From Negaprion brevirostris (Eukaryota), in contig JARDVH010000140.1 in assembly GCA_030324005.1 (NCBI GenBank), positions 30,862,470 to 30,926,469 of the forward strand: a stretch of DNA of 64,000 nucleotides, given 5' to 3'. Each line of letters begins with the position of its first letter. The first letter of the stretch is position 1. The notes under the pieces are model-generated. The model ran no database searches. It worked only from the letters and a program-made list of their open reading frames with translations, and was not told the origin of the DNA. The translations under genes were made by a program, and so were the position numbers. Shown one piece after another: positions 1 to 61,420 of this stretch.

Positions 1-1062
1 AGATGAAGATTTGGTCACAGAGTAGCTGTGTAAGCACCAGATCAATGGAAAATTTAAATGGAGTCTGCTAATCCCAAGAAAACAGCCATTGGAACAATAG
101 CTCATTGCTCTTCCTCTGAGAAAGATAGTTAGCAAGCACTATACCTATTTTTAAATACTGAAAATGATTTCCCAGGATGTGCAGTGGATGGCAAAAGTCA
201 TTGTGAAATCCATTGTTATATTGTGACATAGGGAAGGTTTGTTCTCACTGCATTTACTGCCATATTTGCAACTGTCTCCCCAAGCATGAATGGCTTAAGG
301 CAAGTATGTAGAACTTCAATAACAGAGACTTTGAAGCCTTCGGGATGGACCTCAAAGTATAGAAGCAGAGCTTGATAAATTACATACTGAAAGTTTTACA
401 TATGTTTTATAATTGCTGATGATAGAACAGAACTTGACTTAGTGAATTGGTGGCTCAGGTATTAGTACACTGTGCATCAGATTATTTTAATATGCCTACA
501 TAATATTATTGTTAATCTATGACACAGAAGCAAAGCAATAGGAGAGGGCTTTTGGAAGGAGTGAAAGGATACTGAGGAAAAATAAGTGAGGTATATGGGC
601 AATAGGAATTTTAAAAAACTTATTCAATGGATCTGGAATAACTAAGGACTGAAAACAAACAAAAATAATGGACTGGATGGCAGAAAAAGGTACATCCAAG
701 TGACGAAATAAGATACATAAATCACTTACATTTAACTATTAAGGTGCATCCCTGGCTGATTCACAGTATAAAAGTCCAGTACGGTCGAAAGAGGAAAACA
801 TGTTCTTGTCATCTACTAGTCAGTGTTGGCCTAGGAGTTTTTACAAACTAATCTGGATGGTCCCATTAAAATATAGTTCAAAAAAGTAGCAAAGGTTACA
901 TCTAAACACAATGGTTACTTAAAAAGCAAAATACATAACATATATAAAATATCACTTCTTGTAATTATTTACATCAGAGACTTGCAAGGTGGTTTTAAGA
1001 GGTCTGCCAAAGAAAACCAGGGAATGTACAGGGAAAATATCATAGACTAGAGTCAGGATGAT

Positions 1063-1408
1063 CATAGAAACCCTACAATGTAGAAGAAGCCATTCCACCC
1101 ATCAAGTCTGCACTGACTCGCTGACAGAATATCTTATCCAGGCCCTCTTCCTTGCAATATTGAAGTAACCCAGCATGTTTCCCCTGGCTAATACATCTTG
1201 GGACACTAAGGGGCAATTTAGNNNNNNNNNNNNNNNNNNNNNNNNNNNNNNNNNNNNNNNNNNNNNNNNNNNNNNNNNNNNNNGGCACCAGAGGAAACCC
1301 ACACAAACACTGGGAGAATGTGGACTCCTTACAGCCACCCAAGGCCAGAATTGAACCCAGGTCCCTGGAGCTGTTAGGCAGCAATGCTAATCACTGTGCC
1401 ACTATGCC
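1063..1408 (-). mobile_element. HE1-like tRNA-derived SINE (contains an N gap)
   Basis: Reverse complement of the ggcacagtg..tagca A-box / ggttcaattc B-box head with a CR1-like tail; similar to the other copies in the window. Confidence 0.85.
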
Positions 1409-2608
1409 CAGCAACAGTTGAGATGCCATGTCAATCGAAGGATGACATCCAATAAATGTGAATCAGAACTTGGTCTTTGTCTGTGTAGGCACAACTTTAA
1501 ATTTGAAAGAGGGAAGAAATGCAGTCTTCATGTGAGATAATGCCTGTAGATGTTTGGGTGCAATGCATAAAAGGATAGCCTGAGGCAATATAGCAGTTAG
1601 GGCAAGGAGATAAGATGCTAACTCTTTGTCCAGTGAACAGCACGGAGAACTGATGCTAGAGAAAGCTTCATCTCATTCCCCCAATGACACAATTGTGTGG
1701 CAAATCTGTCAGCAAAATCCTCAGTTCATGCTTTTCTTTGCACTTATTTCGCATTAGGATCACCTAATGCTTATTTCAATCTCCAAGCCGCTGTTGTGAC
1801 ATCACTTTGAGAATATGCTAATAAGTAGCCCAGGATATAAGTCATGTAACCAGCAGACAATGTTCTGAGGAACTTTCAGTTTAGCTAGCATCATTTGATG
1901 TGAAGGCGTTGTGGCTGGACTTCTCTGCAAACAATAGCTGTTGAATGTTTACTTTAAATTTGTCTGCTGAACAATCCTGTGCTACATTTTCAAGTACCAG
2001 CCCTGTAAGAGATTGGTAAGTTTGTTCCAGGCAAACATATTAACAACCGCCACATTATCATTGAATTACTTACTGTACGCTGCTCCATTAGGAATTAGAA
2101 TTATGGCCAGTGCTGTATAAACATTTTATAAAAATGCTTGAAGTAGAAAAAATTTGCAACCTAGAAGGCTAATAATGAGATGTTTCTGGAATTGAGGTTG
2201 GTGGGAAGACAGCATCTCAGCCAAAGTAGAAAATTGAAAGATAGCATTTGAATTGCAAGTAGAACAGAAATAAATGTTTAATTGTGTAACTAATTTTTAT
2301 AGTAATAAACCTATCACACAGTGATATTATGAATGTCTAAATACACAAAAAAAGTAAAAGGCATACAAAACTGGACATCATTCCCAGTAGATGAGGGATA
2401 TGCAATAAAGATTTTGGATATGCAATCAAATAATTGAAGATAAGTTTATTTCGAACAGGAATAGTTCAGGAATATACAAATCATAAATTTACAGCACAGA
2501 CTCCCTTATTTCCTGATACAGGTGTAAGGAAGTTTGCTTAAATCCTCACAATTAACAAAAATGCATAAAAATACAGGTGCTACAGCTTCCTAAGAAATGT
2601 AATACAAA

Positions 2609-2943
2609 TTAAAAATACTTGTGCACCTCTACACTTCAATGCTATGAAACTGATAAGGCAGCAAATAAGGCAAAAATAAAGTTGATTTTAAGGATAACGC
2701 AAGTGTAAATTAGACTGTGAAATGGAAATCAACTGCTGAACAACGTACATTAACATTAAACAGTCTCAAGATGCCTCATAAAGGCACGAGGAAAGAAGTG
2801 GGATATATTTAAAGGTGTGGAATGCTGGTCAATAATAGACACCCTTTAAATAACCACTTATCAATGGCTTGCCAAATGCACAGACCATCAATAATATAAA
2901 TATTAGTGTGTTGATCAGAAAAGCAACTTGATAAGTATAACAA
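2609..2943 (+). repeat. Direct duplication, copy 1 (about 335 bp)
   Basis: Aligns end to end with 4044-4377 at roughly 90% identity by eye. Confidence 0.95.
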
Positions 2944-4043
2944 GGGGTAAAATGATTTAATACAGGGCTTCAAAGACATCATAGGTTCATTAATCAAAAA
3001 TCTAATAAAAATAAGGAATTTAAGTGGGTAGTCAATTTTCATCAATTCTTACTTAATATTTTAATAGGTTCAGTCTCCTCTCCACCCCCCAATCTGACTA
3101 CTCTTCTAATTTTGTTTCCTTAAGTGAATTGCTCCTTCAGAGAGCCAGCATAGATACAACCAGCCAAATGACCTTCTGTGCTATAACCATTCAGTGATTC
3201 TAAATACGAACATAGCATTCGCAGGGCAGAAAGAACTGTCAAGTTCTTAACACAATGTAATTGATAATAGTTAAAAATGTGGTAGAGATGCTGCAATCCA
3301 ATCCACAAAAAAACCCACCATGTTTTATAATTTTATGATGCAGTGTTATTGAGGATGCCTTTGTGGAAATCCCTGGTATGCTCAAGAAAAGCAATCAATT
3401 AGTGTCACACAATTAGCATGCTGGAAAAACTGGACATTCTCAATGCCTTTATTCGATAGTTTTCCATCAATCTGCTCATCTTGCAACTGCACAGGACAAG
3501 AGTCATTCAGTACCTCATCCATGTGGTTCATTCCACACATGCCAGTGACCTATTTGAGAAACCAAACGCAAAATGATCTTCCTCAAATGTTCAGGGTTAC
3601 ATGCAATATTACACGTCACTGGGAACCAAACAGGAGTAGTAATCCTAATTCTCTTTTTGCTTGCTGTTCTGTAACCCACAGCTGGTGCTCATGCCAACTA
3701 CATGTAGACTGATATCAGCAAAGTCTAGGGATCAAACACGGAACATTCTGTCAGCTCATGTTATACTCCGTGCAGTATTTGCCCAAAAAGCCATAAACAG
3801 TATAACAGGTTACACATGAAATGTTAACCTGTATTTTCACTTTACTGGTACTGATGTAATTGTACAGTAATTGCAGCACAGTCTTTGCTCAGAATATTAG
3901 AAGATGCTTAGTTGGTCTCTAGTATTGGAGCACTGAAGCTTATTCTAGCACCCTTTCTATCACTCAGACTAAAATTAGATAAGATGAGAAAGAAGGAGTC
4001 AGAATGACTTCAGTGCCATATGGTGTATTTACTGCTGAACAAC

Positions 4044-4377
4044 TTAAAAATACTTGTGCACCCCTACACTTCAATGCTATGAAACTGATAAGCAGCAAAT
4101 TAGGCAAAAATAAAGTTAATTTTAAGGATAAAGCAAGTGTAAATTAGACTGTGAAATGAAAGTCAACTGCCAAACAACGTACATTAACATTAAACAGTCT
4201 TAAGATGCCTCATGAAGGCACGAGGAAAGAAGCAGGATATATCTAAAGGTGTGGAAGGCTGGTCAATAATATACACCCTTTAAATAATCACCTGTCAATG
4301 GCTTGCTAAATTCACAGACCATCAATGATATAAATATTAGTGTGTTGATCAAAAGAGCAATTTGATAGGTATAACAA
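4044..4377 (+). repeat. Direct duplication, copy 2
   Basis: Aligns with 2609-2943. Confidence 0.95.
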
Positions 4378-5937
4378 AGAAGCCACAACATATCAATTAT
4401 TTTGGGTATGATAAATTTTGAAATAAACATTTAATTTCCGAGTCATTGGGAAAGGTAACAGCTGCTGACAGGAATGGATGCTCCTTAGTTGAAAGTGATT
4501 TTTGTGGCAGTTTCAATTACATGACAGAATGTAAAGATCAAGCACGCTTTTGCTTTTCCTTCATCTTTTGTTGTTTGGCAAAAAATGAGCAACATTGAAA
4601 GAGGTATACTAATATGCTGGTCAGCATGTTGGCATGAAATTTCAAAACTTTTTTTAATCAAGAATTAAGCCAAAATTGCACTTTAATCCTGCATATTTCT
4701 TCATCAGTGTGAAAGTTAACTTGCTGTTGTAACTTCTACAAGAGAAATGCAGATCATGTACAAAAAATGAAGTTCAGATGTGAACAAGCGTTTAATCAGT
4801 TTCTCACTCATTTTTGCTAACATTTGTCAAGTAGCAATGAGCATGAACTATTAAAACTGCCAATTCACAGAATAAAAAAGTCACACTCAACCACGCGAAG
4901 TCTTGTGCTCAATAATCAGTAATTTGATTCTTTCATAGATTTACACATGGGTGCTATGCTATTAAAGAACCTTGGATTTTCAATAGTTTGTGATTTCTTT
5001 CTACATTAATCTCGGCCCTATTCCTGACATAAAATAACTTAGTGATCCTTCTTAGTGAAAGTTGGGCGCTCCCACAACTGAAGCTCTGCAAAGATACACA
5101 TTCCTTAGCAGATCATGCAAGAGTTGCTGTTTTCTGGAGTCCATTAAAAAAATCCAGCATGGACCAATAAGCTCTCCACTTGCTGAGGCTAAATATGGAT
5201 ATTCAAGTCGAACTTGAATCTTTTTCCTGTCTTGTGACTCCGTTATAATTTTAGTTTGAGGATTCCTTCTTTTGTACCTCCTTAACCAATACCAGAACTT
5301 TGGATAAAAATAAAATATAAAGTCAATAGCTGTACATCCATTAGCGCCATAATTAAGCTAAATGAACAAAATTAGAGGAAAAATGTAATCAGATTTTATA
5401 ATTTTGTGAGGCCTTGAAAGTTAAATTCAGGGTTAAAGAAATTGCGTAATCAGTGGCTCAATTGTCTCAAGAAATCCTAATCATAAGTTTGGCCACGCGT
5501 GTTCAGTATTTCACTGAATTCGAGTTAATCAGAAATGACTTGGGTGTGAATATGTTCTGTTTACATATCTGTGCGATGATAATCAGGACTTGAAAGCCCG
5601 TAGCCAGGTAAATAAAAGGTATTTTCCAACTGTTGTGAAGATTATATATTTGTGACAATTGTAGGAATCATATATTGATTTGGAAGAATGTCTAAATATT
5701 GTTAATAAATATAACCAAAGGAGTGTGTAACAACAACTATAATGTGTAAACTGATGGACATTTTCAAACTAAAAAGCTGGACACTGATAATTGATGTGAA
5801 AAATGATACTTTTGCAGTAACAAAAATAAAGTTATGAGTAGTGAAAATAATAAAGGCACTGATGCGTGTGTTAATTGGATGAACTGCTTAATTGGTGAAC
5901 TGATCCATGATTTTTTGATGGTTTGTGAATAAGTAGC

Positions 5938-5943
5938 TTTATT
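5938..5943 (-). terminator. Candidate polyadenylation signal AATAAA, about 360 nt after the stop; further candidates at 3448-3453 and 2445-2450
   Basis: First minus-strand AATAAA I found after the stop codon; usage unproven. Confidence 0.3.
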
Positions 5944-6300
5944 AACAGCTAAATATCCCGTTATAGAGCCCAAGGGGATTCCATTAGCCTACAGTGGCGT
6001 TGTTTTTAAAATAAATAGCAAAGAGACTAATGTTTAGTGTTATAAATGGGAAGCATAAGCACCATTTCCATTTAGTGCACTCAGGTTTACTGAGCAACTA
6101 AAACGTGACAAACTTTCTGCCTGTTCAAATAGTTATACGTGCATGTTCTGAAGCAGTATCAATGTCCGTCACAAAACTAGCAGCTAAAATTAATTAAGAA
6201 AGCTTTGCTAAATCCAACTTCTTTTGTGCAATGGCTCTGGAATGCAGAAAGGTCATCATCAAACTCATTTCCCAAGCNNNNNNNNNNAATGTTGAGGATG

Positions 6301-54349
<48,049 letters not shown>

Positions 54350-54909
54350 TTTGATTCTAAATCCTTTGACCGTCGCCTATGATTAAACCTGACAATTGAA
54401 AGCGCAGTATTAATGGCACAATCATAAGAACACTTACACTTAACATGTAAAGTTAATAAAGGCAATTTATAATACAGTAAAATCTATCGGCTTTTCTGAC
54501 AAGATGATCCACCTATAATTTACATATAATGGCCTGTCTCCATACATCTTTTGCTAATGGTGTTCTGTGCTAACCACCAGGAGGTATGTGAGTGTCCACC
54601 TCCATTTCAATTCTTCTGTAACATAGTTGTACTCAGTGGCTCTGTAACAAATCGTGCAGAATCAAAGGTCTCTACTCCTTGGAAATCTATGTCTATAGAA
54701 GTTCCATTTGTCCAATTTGGAGTGCATGTTCTCTTCTCATTGAGAAATGCCCAATTTTTCAAGAGCTTTAGCCCAGGTTGGGCTTCAGCTCAAGGAAGTC
54801 CATAGTGTGCAATCCCAAATATCTCAGGGTATCGTTATCGATGGCTCCAATGCTCAACATAGGAATGCAATCTCTATCTGCTATGGTGTTGTTCTATTCA
54901 AATGAATTT

Positions 54910-55280
54910 CAGAATCATTACAACACAGGGGGAAACCATCTGACCCATCTTGCTTGTACCAGCTCGCCAAGTGAGCAACTGACATAGTTCCATTCTCCGG
55001 TCTTCTTCCCATAGACCTGCACATTGTTTCTTTTCAAATAACAGTCCAATTCCCTTTTGAATGCTTTAATTGAACCTGCCTCCACCACTTACGCAGGCAG
55101 TGTATTCCAGACCCTAAACCAATCACTGCATGAAAAGTTTTTTCTCATTTTTCTATTGCTTCTTTTACTGATTATTTTAACTGTGTCCTCTTGTTTTCGA
55201 TCTGCTTATTAGTGGAAACAATGTCTCCCTATCTACTCTGTCCAGACTTCTCAAGATTTTGAATACCTCTATCAAATCTA
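54910..55280 (-). mobile_element. CR1-clade LINE 3' fragment
   Basis: Reverse complement of the FTQRVV..WN.LP region and the CR1 tail. Confidence 0.7.
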
Positions 55281-56869
55281 ACAGCATGAAAAGGGGAGTA
55301 AAGTAGAATCATGAAGGCTTTCTTATCACACAAAGACTAGCCCTTCAACTTGGGGTTATTACTTCGCTTGACAGCTATTTGTGAATCCTTTCTGTAAAGG
55401 GGCAGGGACCTTGATCAGATGGAAACACTTTGCAACTGACAGCTTGTTAGCAGAGATTCATCCCACAGGCTTAATTCTGAGGTCCATAAACAGAAGTGCA
55501 TGGGCTGTAAGGCAGATAACATATTTGCAACAAATGTTAAATGATTTTTAAAGTTCCAGGGCAGTCCAATAACAATTAGCTTAGTCTGAGGGTTAGAAAA
55601 AAAAGGTTACCATGAGTGAAAAAGNNNNNNNNNNNNNNNNNNNNNNNNNNNNNNNNNNNNNNNNNNNNNNNNNNNNNNNNNNNNNNNNNNNNNNNNNNNN
55701 NNNNNNNNNNNNNNNNNNNNNNNNAAAAAAAGGTTACCATGCGTGAAAAAGTCAACTTTTTAGTTTTATAAAATCAAGCATTGTATGGAAATATATCTCA
55801 CTGTGAAAACTATGCACATGTTTATTTATCCAACTGTTGGTTTGAAGCCACTGTCTGAATTCAGTGGACTGCTTGTCAAATTTACTGTCAAGAAAGATAA
55901 TTCAGATGATACATTCCAGGAATCATGAACGGAGTAAGGGCTCTCTAAGAGAATTCTTAGATCAAACATCATCTAAATAGATATGGAACAGGAAGAGCTG
56001 CACTTCTGATCATTTAGAACATGAGCTGTAGGAGGGGCTGCTGACATAAACTCAAAAAAATCTAGTGCGAAAATTACATCAAAGCAACTAAATGGAAAAT
56101 CCAAATACGGAGCCCAATGACTTGAAAGCTTTTCTGATGTCTATTTATACTTTCTCTTGCAGTATGACTGAATCTCAAACTGTTACAACTTAAAACAACT
56201 AATATTTATCTATGAACAATATTTTTACAGATCTCAGAAAAACATTCACTCTAAACGCAGCAAGTGTCATGTTTGGAGACTGAATGGATGACCTCTTTGC
56301 TTTTAGGATCTGAAGAACGTGAGAAACATATTCAAAAGCACAGGATGGCAAATAACAAGAAAGGATAAGGTAATGTAGGCAACTTTATGATGATCATAAT
56401 AGCTCAGAATGAAGCTGAAAGAGGCTTGGGATTTGAACACTCAAGATTTCCAACTAATGCAAGGGCTGCAATAAAAAAAACTGTTGAAAACTCTACACAG
56501 CTGCAATCAATAAAGGTAATAAAATGTTGAACAGTATAGGAAAAGCAGTAAAACACGAGTCAATGGAAGTCATCACACTATGCAGTGTTCTGGTCAGACA
56601 GTATCTTAAGCATCGTATTCAGCCTGGAAAAGCACTCAAACACCAGAATTGGTAAAGAATAGAGTAGCAAACATGGGCTCACAAGCCAAATGTCCGAATT
56701 GAGTGACTCACCGAAGAAACTTCAGTGTTTCAGCCTGAAAAATGCTGAGAATTGATCCTCTCATGATGTATGAGATGACAGATGGAACAGAAAAGGTAAA
56801 TCAAGAACATTACTTCAAATTAAGTTGAACAAGGGGGCACAAATTAAATGAGGGGATTCAAGTTAAGGC

Positions 56870-57430
56870 AAACAAGGTGCTATTTGGGCAGATCATCAGA
56901 AACCAGCTCAAAGAAGTAGATTTTAAGGAGCTTCTTAACGAGAGAGAGGTGAAGAGGCTTAGGGAGACAATTCTAGAGAGTAGGTAGGGTCTTGGCAGCT
57001 GAAGGTACAACCATCAATGATGGGGCAATTAAAATCAAGATAATTCAAGAGGTCAGAGATTAGAGGAGCATAGACATCTCCGTGTTGTGGGGTGAGGGAG
57101 ATCCTAGAGAAAGGTAGGGGGGAAGCCACGGGGGTAGGATTTGAAAACGAGGAGGAGAAATTTTAAGTGGGTAAACAGGACCTGGTGCGAGTAAGGACAG
57201 GGGCAGTTGAGTTTCAGATTATCTCAAATTTATGGGATGTAGAATGTGAGAAGTATGACAGAAGTGCATTAGTCAATTGGAGAGGCAATAAAGGCAAGCA
57301 TAAGGCTTGCACAGATAAGCTGAGGCAGGAGAAAAGTTATGAAGGTGAAAATAAACAGTCTTGCTGATGTCACAGATATTTAATCAGAAGTTCACCGAGG
57401 GACAAATGCAAGTCACCAAGGTTGTTCTGT
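56870..57430 (-). mobile_element. L2-clade LINE fragment
   Basis: Partly the reverse complement of the 9400-9985 type, e.g. gcaattaaaatcaag..tcaagaggtcagagattagaggagcatagacatctc. Confidence 0.65.
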
Positions 57431-58037
57431 CTGATTCAGACTAAGTGGGTTCCAAAGGAGCCTTCCTCCTCAACACCTATACCGTGGCCCGCAGTGAGGT
57501 GTTTGATACTTCAAAATAAAGACTTGGACACGTTGTTTGCTTAACTTAGTGGCAGATTAGTCATCAGGCTCACATTGCAGATGCGTTTGCTATTTGTTAT
57601 CTTTGAAGTGGAATGAAACTAAAATGGGAGAAAGGAAAGAAGTGGATCTATTTCCATTTGTACTCGACTTACTGTGTATATGTGGGGTGAGACTTTCGCT
57701 GCTCAGTCATTCATCTTAAGTAACAAGAAGCAATGATTCAACCAGCATAAAGATGGGGCAAAAGCAACTAAATGCCATCATAGATGATTTTTTACAACAG
57801 TTGCCTATCATGGTGATTATTTGTCTCGATTGGAGAGGAAAATCCATAAATATAAAATAGCACCGTCCTTAGAAAGTCAATCAGACACATTCTGGAGGCC
57901 CAAACAGTCTTTCCCTGCCCACCCTCTGCTGAAACTGTCACCTTCCAGAATATTCACAAACAAAGGGAGTTATTTGATTGAAGAAGTTAATATTTATGGT
58001 CTGTGGGGGTTCAATCAATGTTCCCGGGGATACTCAC

Positions 58038-58280
58038 CTGCATCGAGCCCCAGCCTGGACTTACAGCCGCTTCCCGTCCTAAGCAGCAGTCTGGTCGCTC
58101 CAACCGCGGCCTTACAACGACACCGAGCCGCCTGGGGGTGGCCCAGCCACCGTTACCGAAGAGCAGGGCCTGCTCACCGCCACCACCCAACACTCATCCC
58201 TCTCGCTGCCAGACCCCCCACACCCCCGGCTGTCCAAAACCGCGGCTGCACTGAGCGGCCAGAGCGCACCCTCTTGGTGG
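58038..58280 (-). promoter_or_regulatory. CpG-rich patch; probable promoter and non-coding first exon of the merlin-like gene
   Basis: Locally GC- and CpG-rich within an AT-rich window. It ends in a consensus donor CAG|GTGAGT at 58038, and coding exon 1 has an acceptor that needs an upstream exon. The TSS is not determinable. Confidence 0.65.
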
Positions 58281-58290
58281 GATGTACAGT

Positions 58291-58427
58291 CAGTAAGAAG
58301 TCTCACATCACCAGGTTAAAGTCCAACCAATTTATTTGATAGTAAACGCATAAGCTTGTTGGACTTTAACCTGGTGTTGTGAGGCTTCTTACTGTGTTTA
58401 CCCCAATCCAACGCCGGCATCTCCACA
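58291..58427. mobile_element. Short palindromic derivative of the same Penelope-like element
   Basis: cagtaagaagtctcacatcaccaggttaaagtccaac / gttggactttaacctggtgttgtgaggcttcttactg; shares sequence with 29080-29413. Confidence 0.85.
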
Positions 58428-58781
58428 CGAAAAAACTACACCTCAGATGGTTCATATTAGCATTCACAGTGGCATTGATTCATGGGCCTCTGATTGCCTG
58501 GCAGCTCTGGGCATTCAAAACATCAGCCCTTGGTGTTGCTGATCACAGAGAATGTCCATCACTGGCCTGTCACATGCTTGAGTGCCACATGATGTGGTGA
58601 GACATCCTTAAAAGAGGGAACACAGGGCTCTCGCCNNNNNNNNNNNNNNNNNNNNNNNNNNNNNNNNNNNNNNNNNNNNNNNNNNNNNNNNNNNNNNNNN
58701 NNNNNNNNNNNNNNNNNNNNNNNNNNNNNNNNNNNNNNNNNNNNNNNNNNNNNNNNNNNNNNNNNNNNNNNNNNNNNNNNN

Positions 58782-60200
58782 CCAGCAATAGAATCTTGTT
58801 AGCACTCACCCCCATTCCTCCAGTAATGCAGTCCTCTCAGCCCCCAATTCCTCCATCAATGCAGAGTTTTCTGCCCCCTTCATTCCCCCAGCAATGCAAC
58901 CATGTCAGCTCCCCTTACTCCTCTATCAGTAGTCCTGCCTGCTCCCCTTCAAACCCCAGCAATGCAGCCACCTCATTGCTCCAGCTAAACAGTTCCCTTT
59001 AGCCCAACTTCAGTATTACAGTTCTCTTTTCCATATCCTTAGCAACAGAACTCCACTCAATCTTCTCCATGCATTGCAGCTATCTTTCTCCATCCAGCCG
59101 CATAGCTCTCCTCACCTCTACCCAGTTACTGTTCCTCTCACTCCCAGCAAAACAACTTTCTTCACTCCTCTACTAGCTACGCAAATTGTCTTACCTGCAC
59201 AACAGCACACATCCTCATACCTCCCCTCATTGCCTCTCCCAGCAGTACAGCTCCCCTTGCTCCAACAACACAGTTCCTTTCACTCCCCAGCAATGCGGCT
59301 TTCTCTCACCAACTCCTCAGCAATGGAGCTCCAGCATCTCATTAGAAGCAACACAATTTCTCCCCCACCTCAAGCTACCCCATAGTACTTGCCAACAGTG
59401 CAGCTGCTGCATTATCCTCTTATATGCAACAACATCCCAACCAAACTGCTTTCAAGTGGCCCTCACCCCAAAACATTACAGCTCCGTTTATCCTGCTGTC
59501 CAAAGTCCCACTACGAACAGCACAACCCACGCAACCAACTACACTGATCCCAACAGGATCCACTTCAAACCAAAGTCAAACTGTCATCATCTCAAAATTG
59601 CAGCTCTTGCAAAAACCTCAAACCTAGCAAGATAGCTACTTACTCAATCTAACAACACAGCTCCTGAAAACCCATACTCCAGAAACACTTCATGCAGTCT
59701 CCAAACTTCACAATACCTCTAACCCCAAAAATGTTACATCTACATCGTGCTATTTCAATCATGGTAAGTCTTGCTTCCACATAACTCACCAAGCAATTTA
59801 GCCACAATACAAGTCCTGATACCATCACTAACATGTTTATTGCACAGCTCACTTAGTCCTTTTTTGGGAACATAGTTCACATCCCAACATAGCTCCTACA
59901 CAACTCAAAAACTATAGGAATGCAGCTCCCACACGCGCCATACCAGCAGCAACACTGCAGTATAGTTTTCACACCTTATCGATATAGGTTGTATCCCCAA
60001 AAACAGTTTTCCACATAACCCTTCACTCCAACAGCATAGCTCCCACAGTGTCTCCAACTGCAAGCGCATAGCTCAAACCTCAGCCCCTATACTCCTGACA
60101 AGTTCACATCTATAATATTGGGAACAAAGCCATAACTTCATGCAGCAAATACCCATATCACTTGCAACATAGGTCAGGCATTAGCTACAAAGCTACCAAC
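58782..60200 (+). repeat. Degenerate C/A-rich low-complexity tandem region with a recurrent ccagcaatgcag / acagctcc motif
   Basis: Strong C over G strand skew; motif spacing about 33-35 bp in the first 600 bp. Confidence 0.7.
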
Positions 60201-60271
60201 ATGGTTTCCGCACCAATTGTTAGTGCTAAAAGACCTCGCTGTTCTGATTTATGATTTTCTCTGTATAGAGT

Positions 60272-61420
60272 TATCATGGAACAGAACCCGACACTATATT
60301 TTTATTAAAAAATATATCCTCATGGCTACCTTTTATTTTAAACTGGACCTTTCGGCTGAACAAAGGCCATTAAGTTCATTGACCCTATGTCTGTGAGTTA
60401 TTGCTTGTGAGTTGCCAGAGAAAAAGCCACTTTCGGAAGGCAGAGATGTCACACATTGTTATTTCTCAACAGACCAGGGGACTGCACAGCTCAAGTTCAA
60501 AGTGAGCTACACAAAGGCTATTTGTATTTGATAAACCAGGCCTGCAGCAGAGTCAAAGAATCTAAGAAGACAATGACTTCCCAAACTAGACCCTCAACAA
60601 ATAGCACCTCTTTTAACCTATAATTGTTGAGATGCTATCAGCATGGAACATGAAGACATACAGACTCAAACATTATTCTTTTTCTCCCCCTACAGGTGCT
60701 GCCAAACCTGTTGAGTTTTACTGTATAAACATCCTTTATTGAAGACCTCTTGGAGAGGTACAGTCATATGACCTAAGACTCTGGCTTATTGAACAAGTTA
60801 ATACTGCCTTCCTGAGCCACAAGCCAGTCTGCTGTTTGAACATATGACGAGCAGGCCATGCAGAATGTGCTCTGGCCAGGTAGGACACCTGACCCCATCA
60901 CAACAGAACGCTGTTGGAAGTTCTACACTGTTGTCTATAAAATCTCAATTATCTCTGCATGCCTCTGTGAACTGAACACCACTGGAAAAATGCATTTTAA
61001 TACAGTGGTTTTTGGCCCGCCAATTTCAGTGAAATAATTCCTCATCAGACTTTGATTCTGGACTCTGGAACTTACATGAACCAATATTTATTCTCTCTGT
61101 GGTCCTTCTTTTCTCTAGCCATCCTTTACTGAATGAGGCGGGCGGCGCACTGCAGACCCTCCTTTTTGCAATGTTTGAATGTGTACAATAAACCAACCTT
61201 TTGAGGTCATTCTACCTTGAATTTGCCATGGGGCTATTGGTAAGAATTAGATCACACAAGAAAATGAGGAGTTTTGAAATATGGCACCATTTGTTAAAAA
61301 AGAAACAAAATACCCTTCTGTTTACAGACGGGTGATTAGGGGAAAAATTAGTGCTGTTTGAATGGACATATCCCAAACAGAGTGTAAAGAAGAGGTTGCA
61401 TGATGAACAATGTTGTGATA
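60272..61420 (+). mobile_element. Candidate solo LTR
   Basis: Inverted ends tatca...tgata (decayed TG..CA), internal AATAAA near 61187, non-coding. Confidence 0.35.

Noticed and set aside
3382-3549. Minus-strand acceptor (ttctcaaatag|) followed by a phase-0 ORF of 55 aa (VTGMCGMNHMDEV...IDCFS*), a possible alternative terminal exon
   Set aside because: No similarity to merlin that I can support. It overlaps what looks like an old SINE relic, and a clear terminal exon already exists at 6301-6360. Only RNA-seq could rescue it.
4658-4735. Acceptor ttctcttgtag| followed by KLQQQVNFHTDEEICRIKVQFWLNS*
   Set aside because: Lies downstream of the true terminal exon. The resemblance to the merlin tail is superficial, and such acceptors are common by chance.
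57821-58339. Longest clean ORF in the track (172 aa, + strand)
   Set aside because: Non-ATG start, no recognisable domain, explained by the GC-rich patch, and it ends inside the Penelope-derived repeat.
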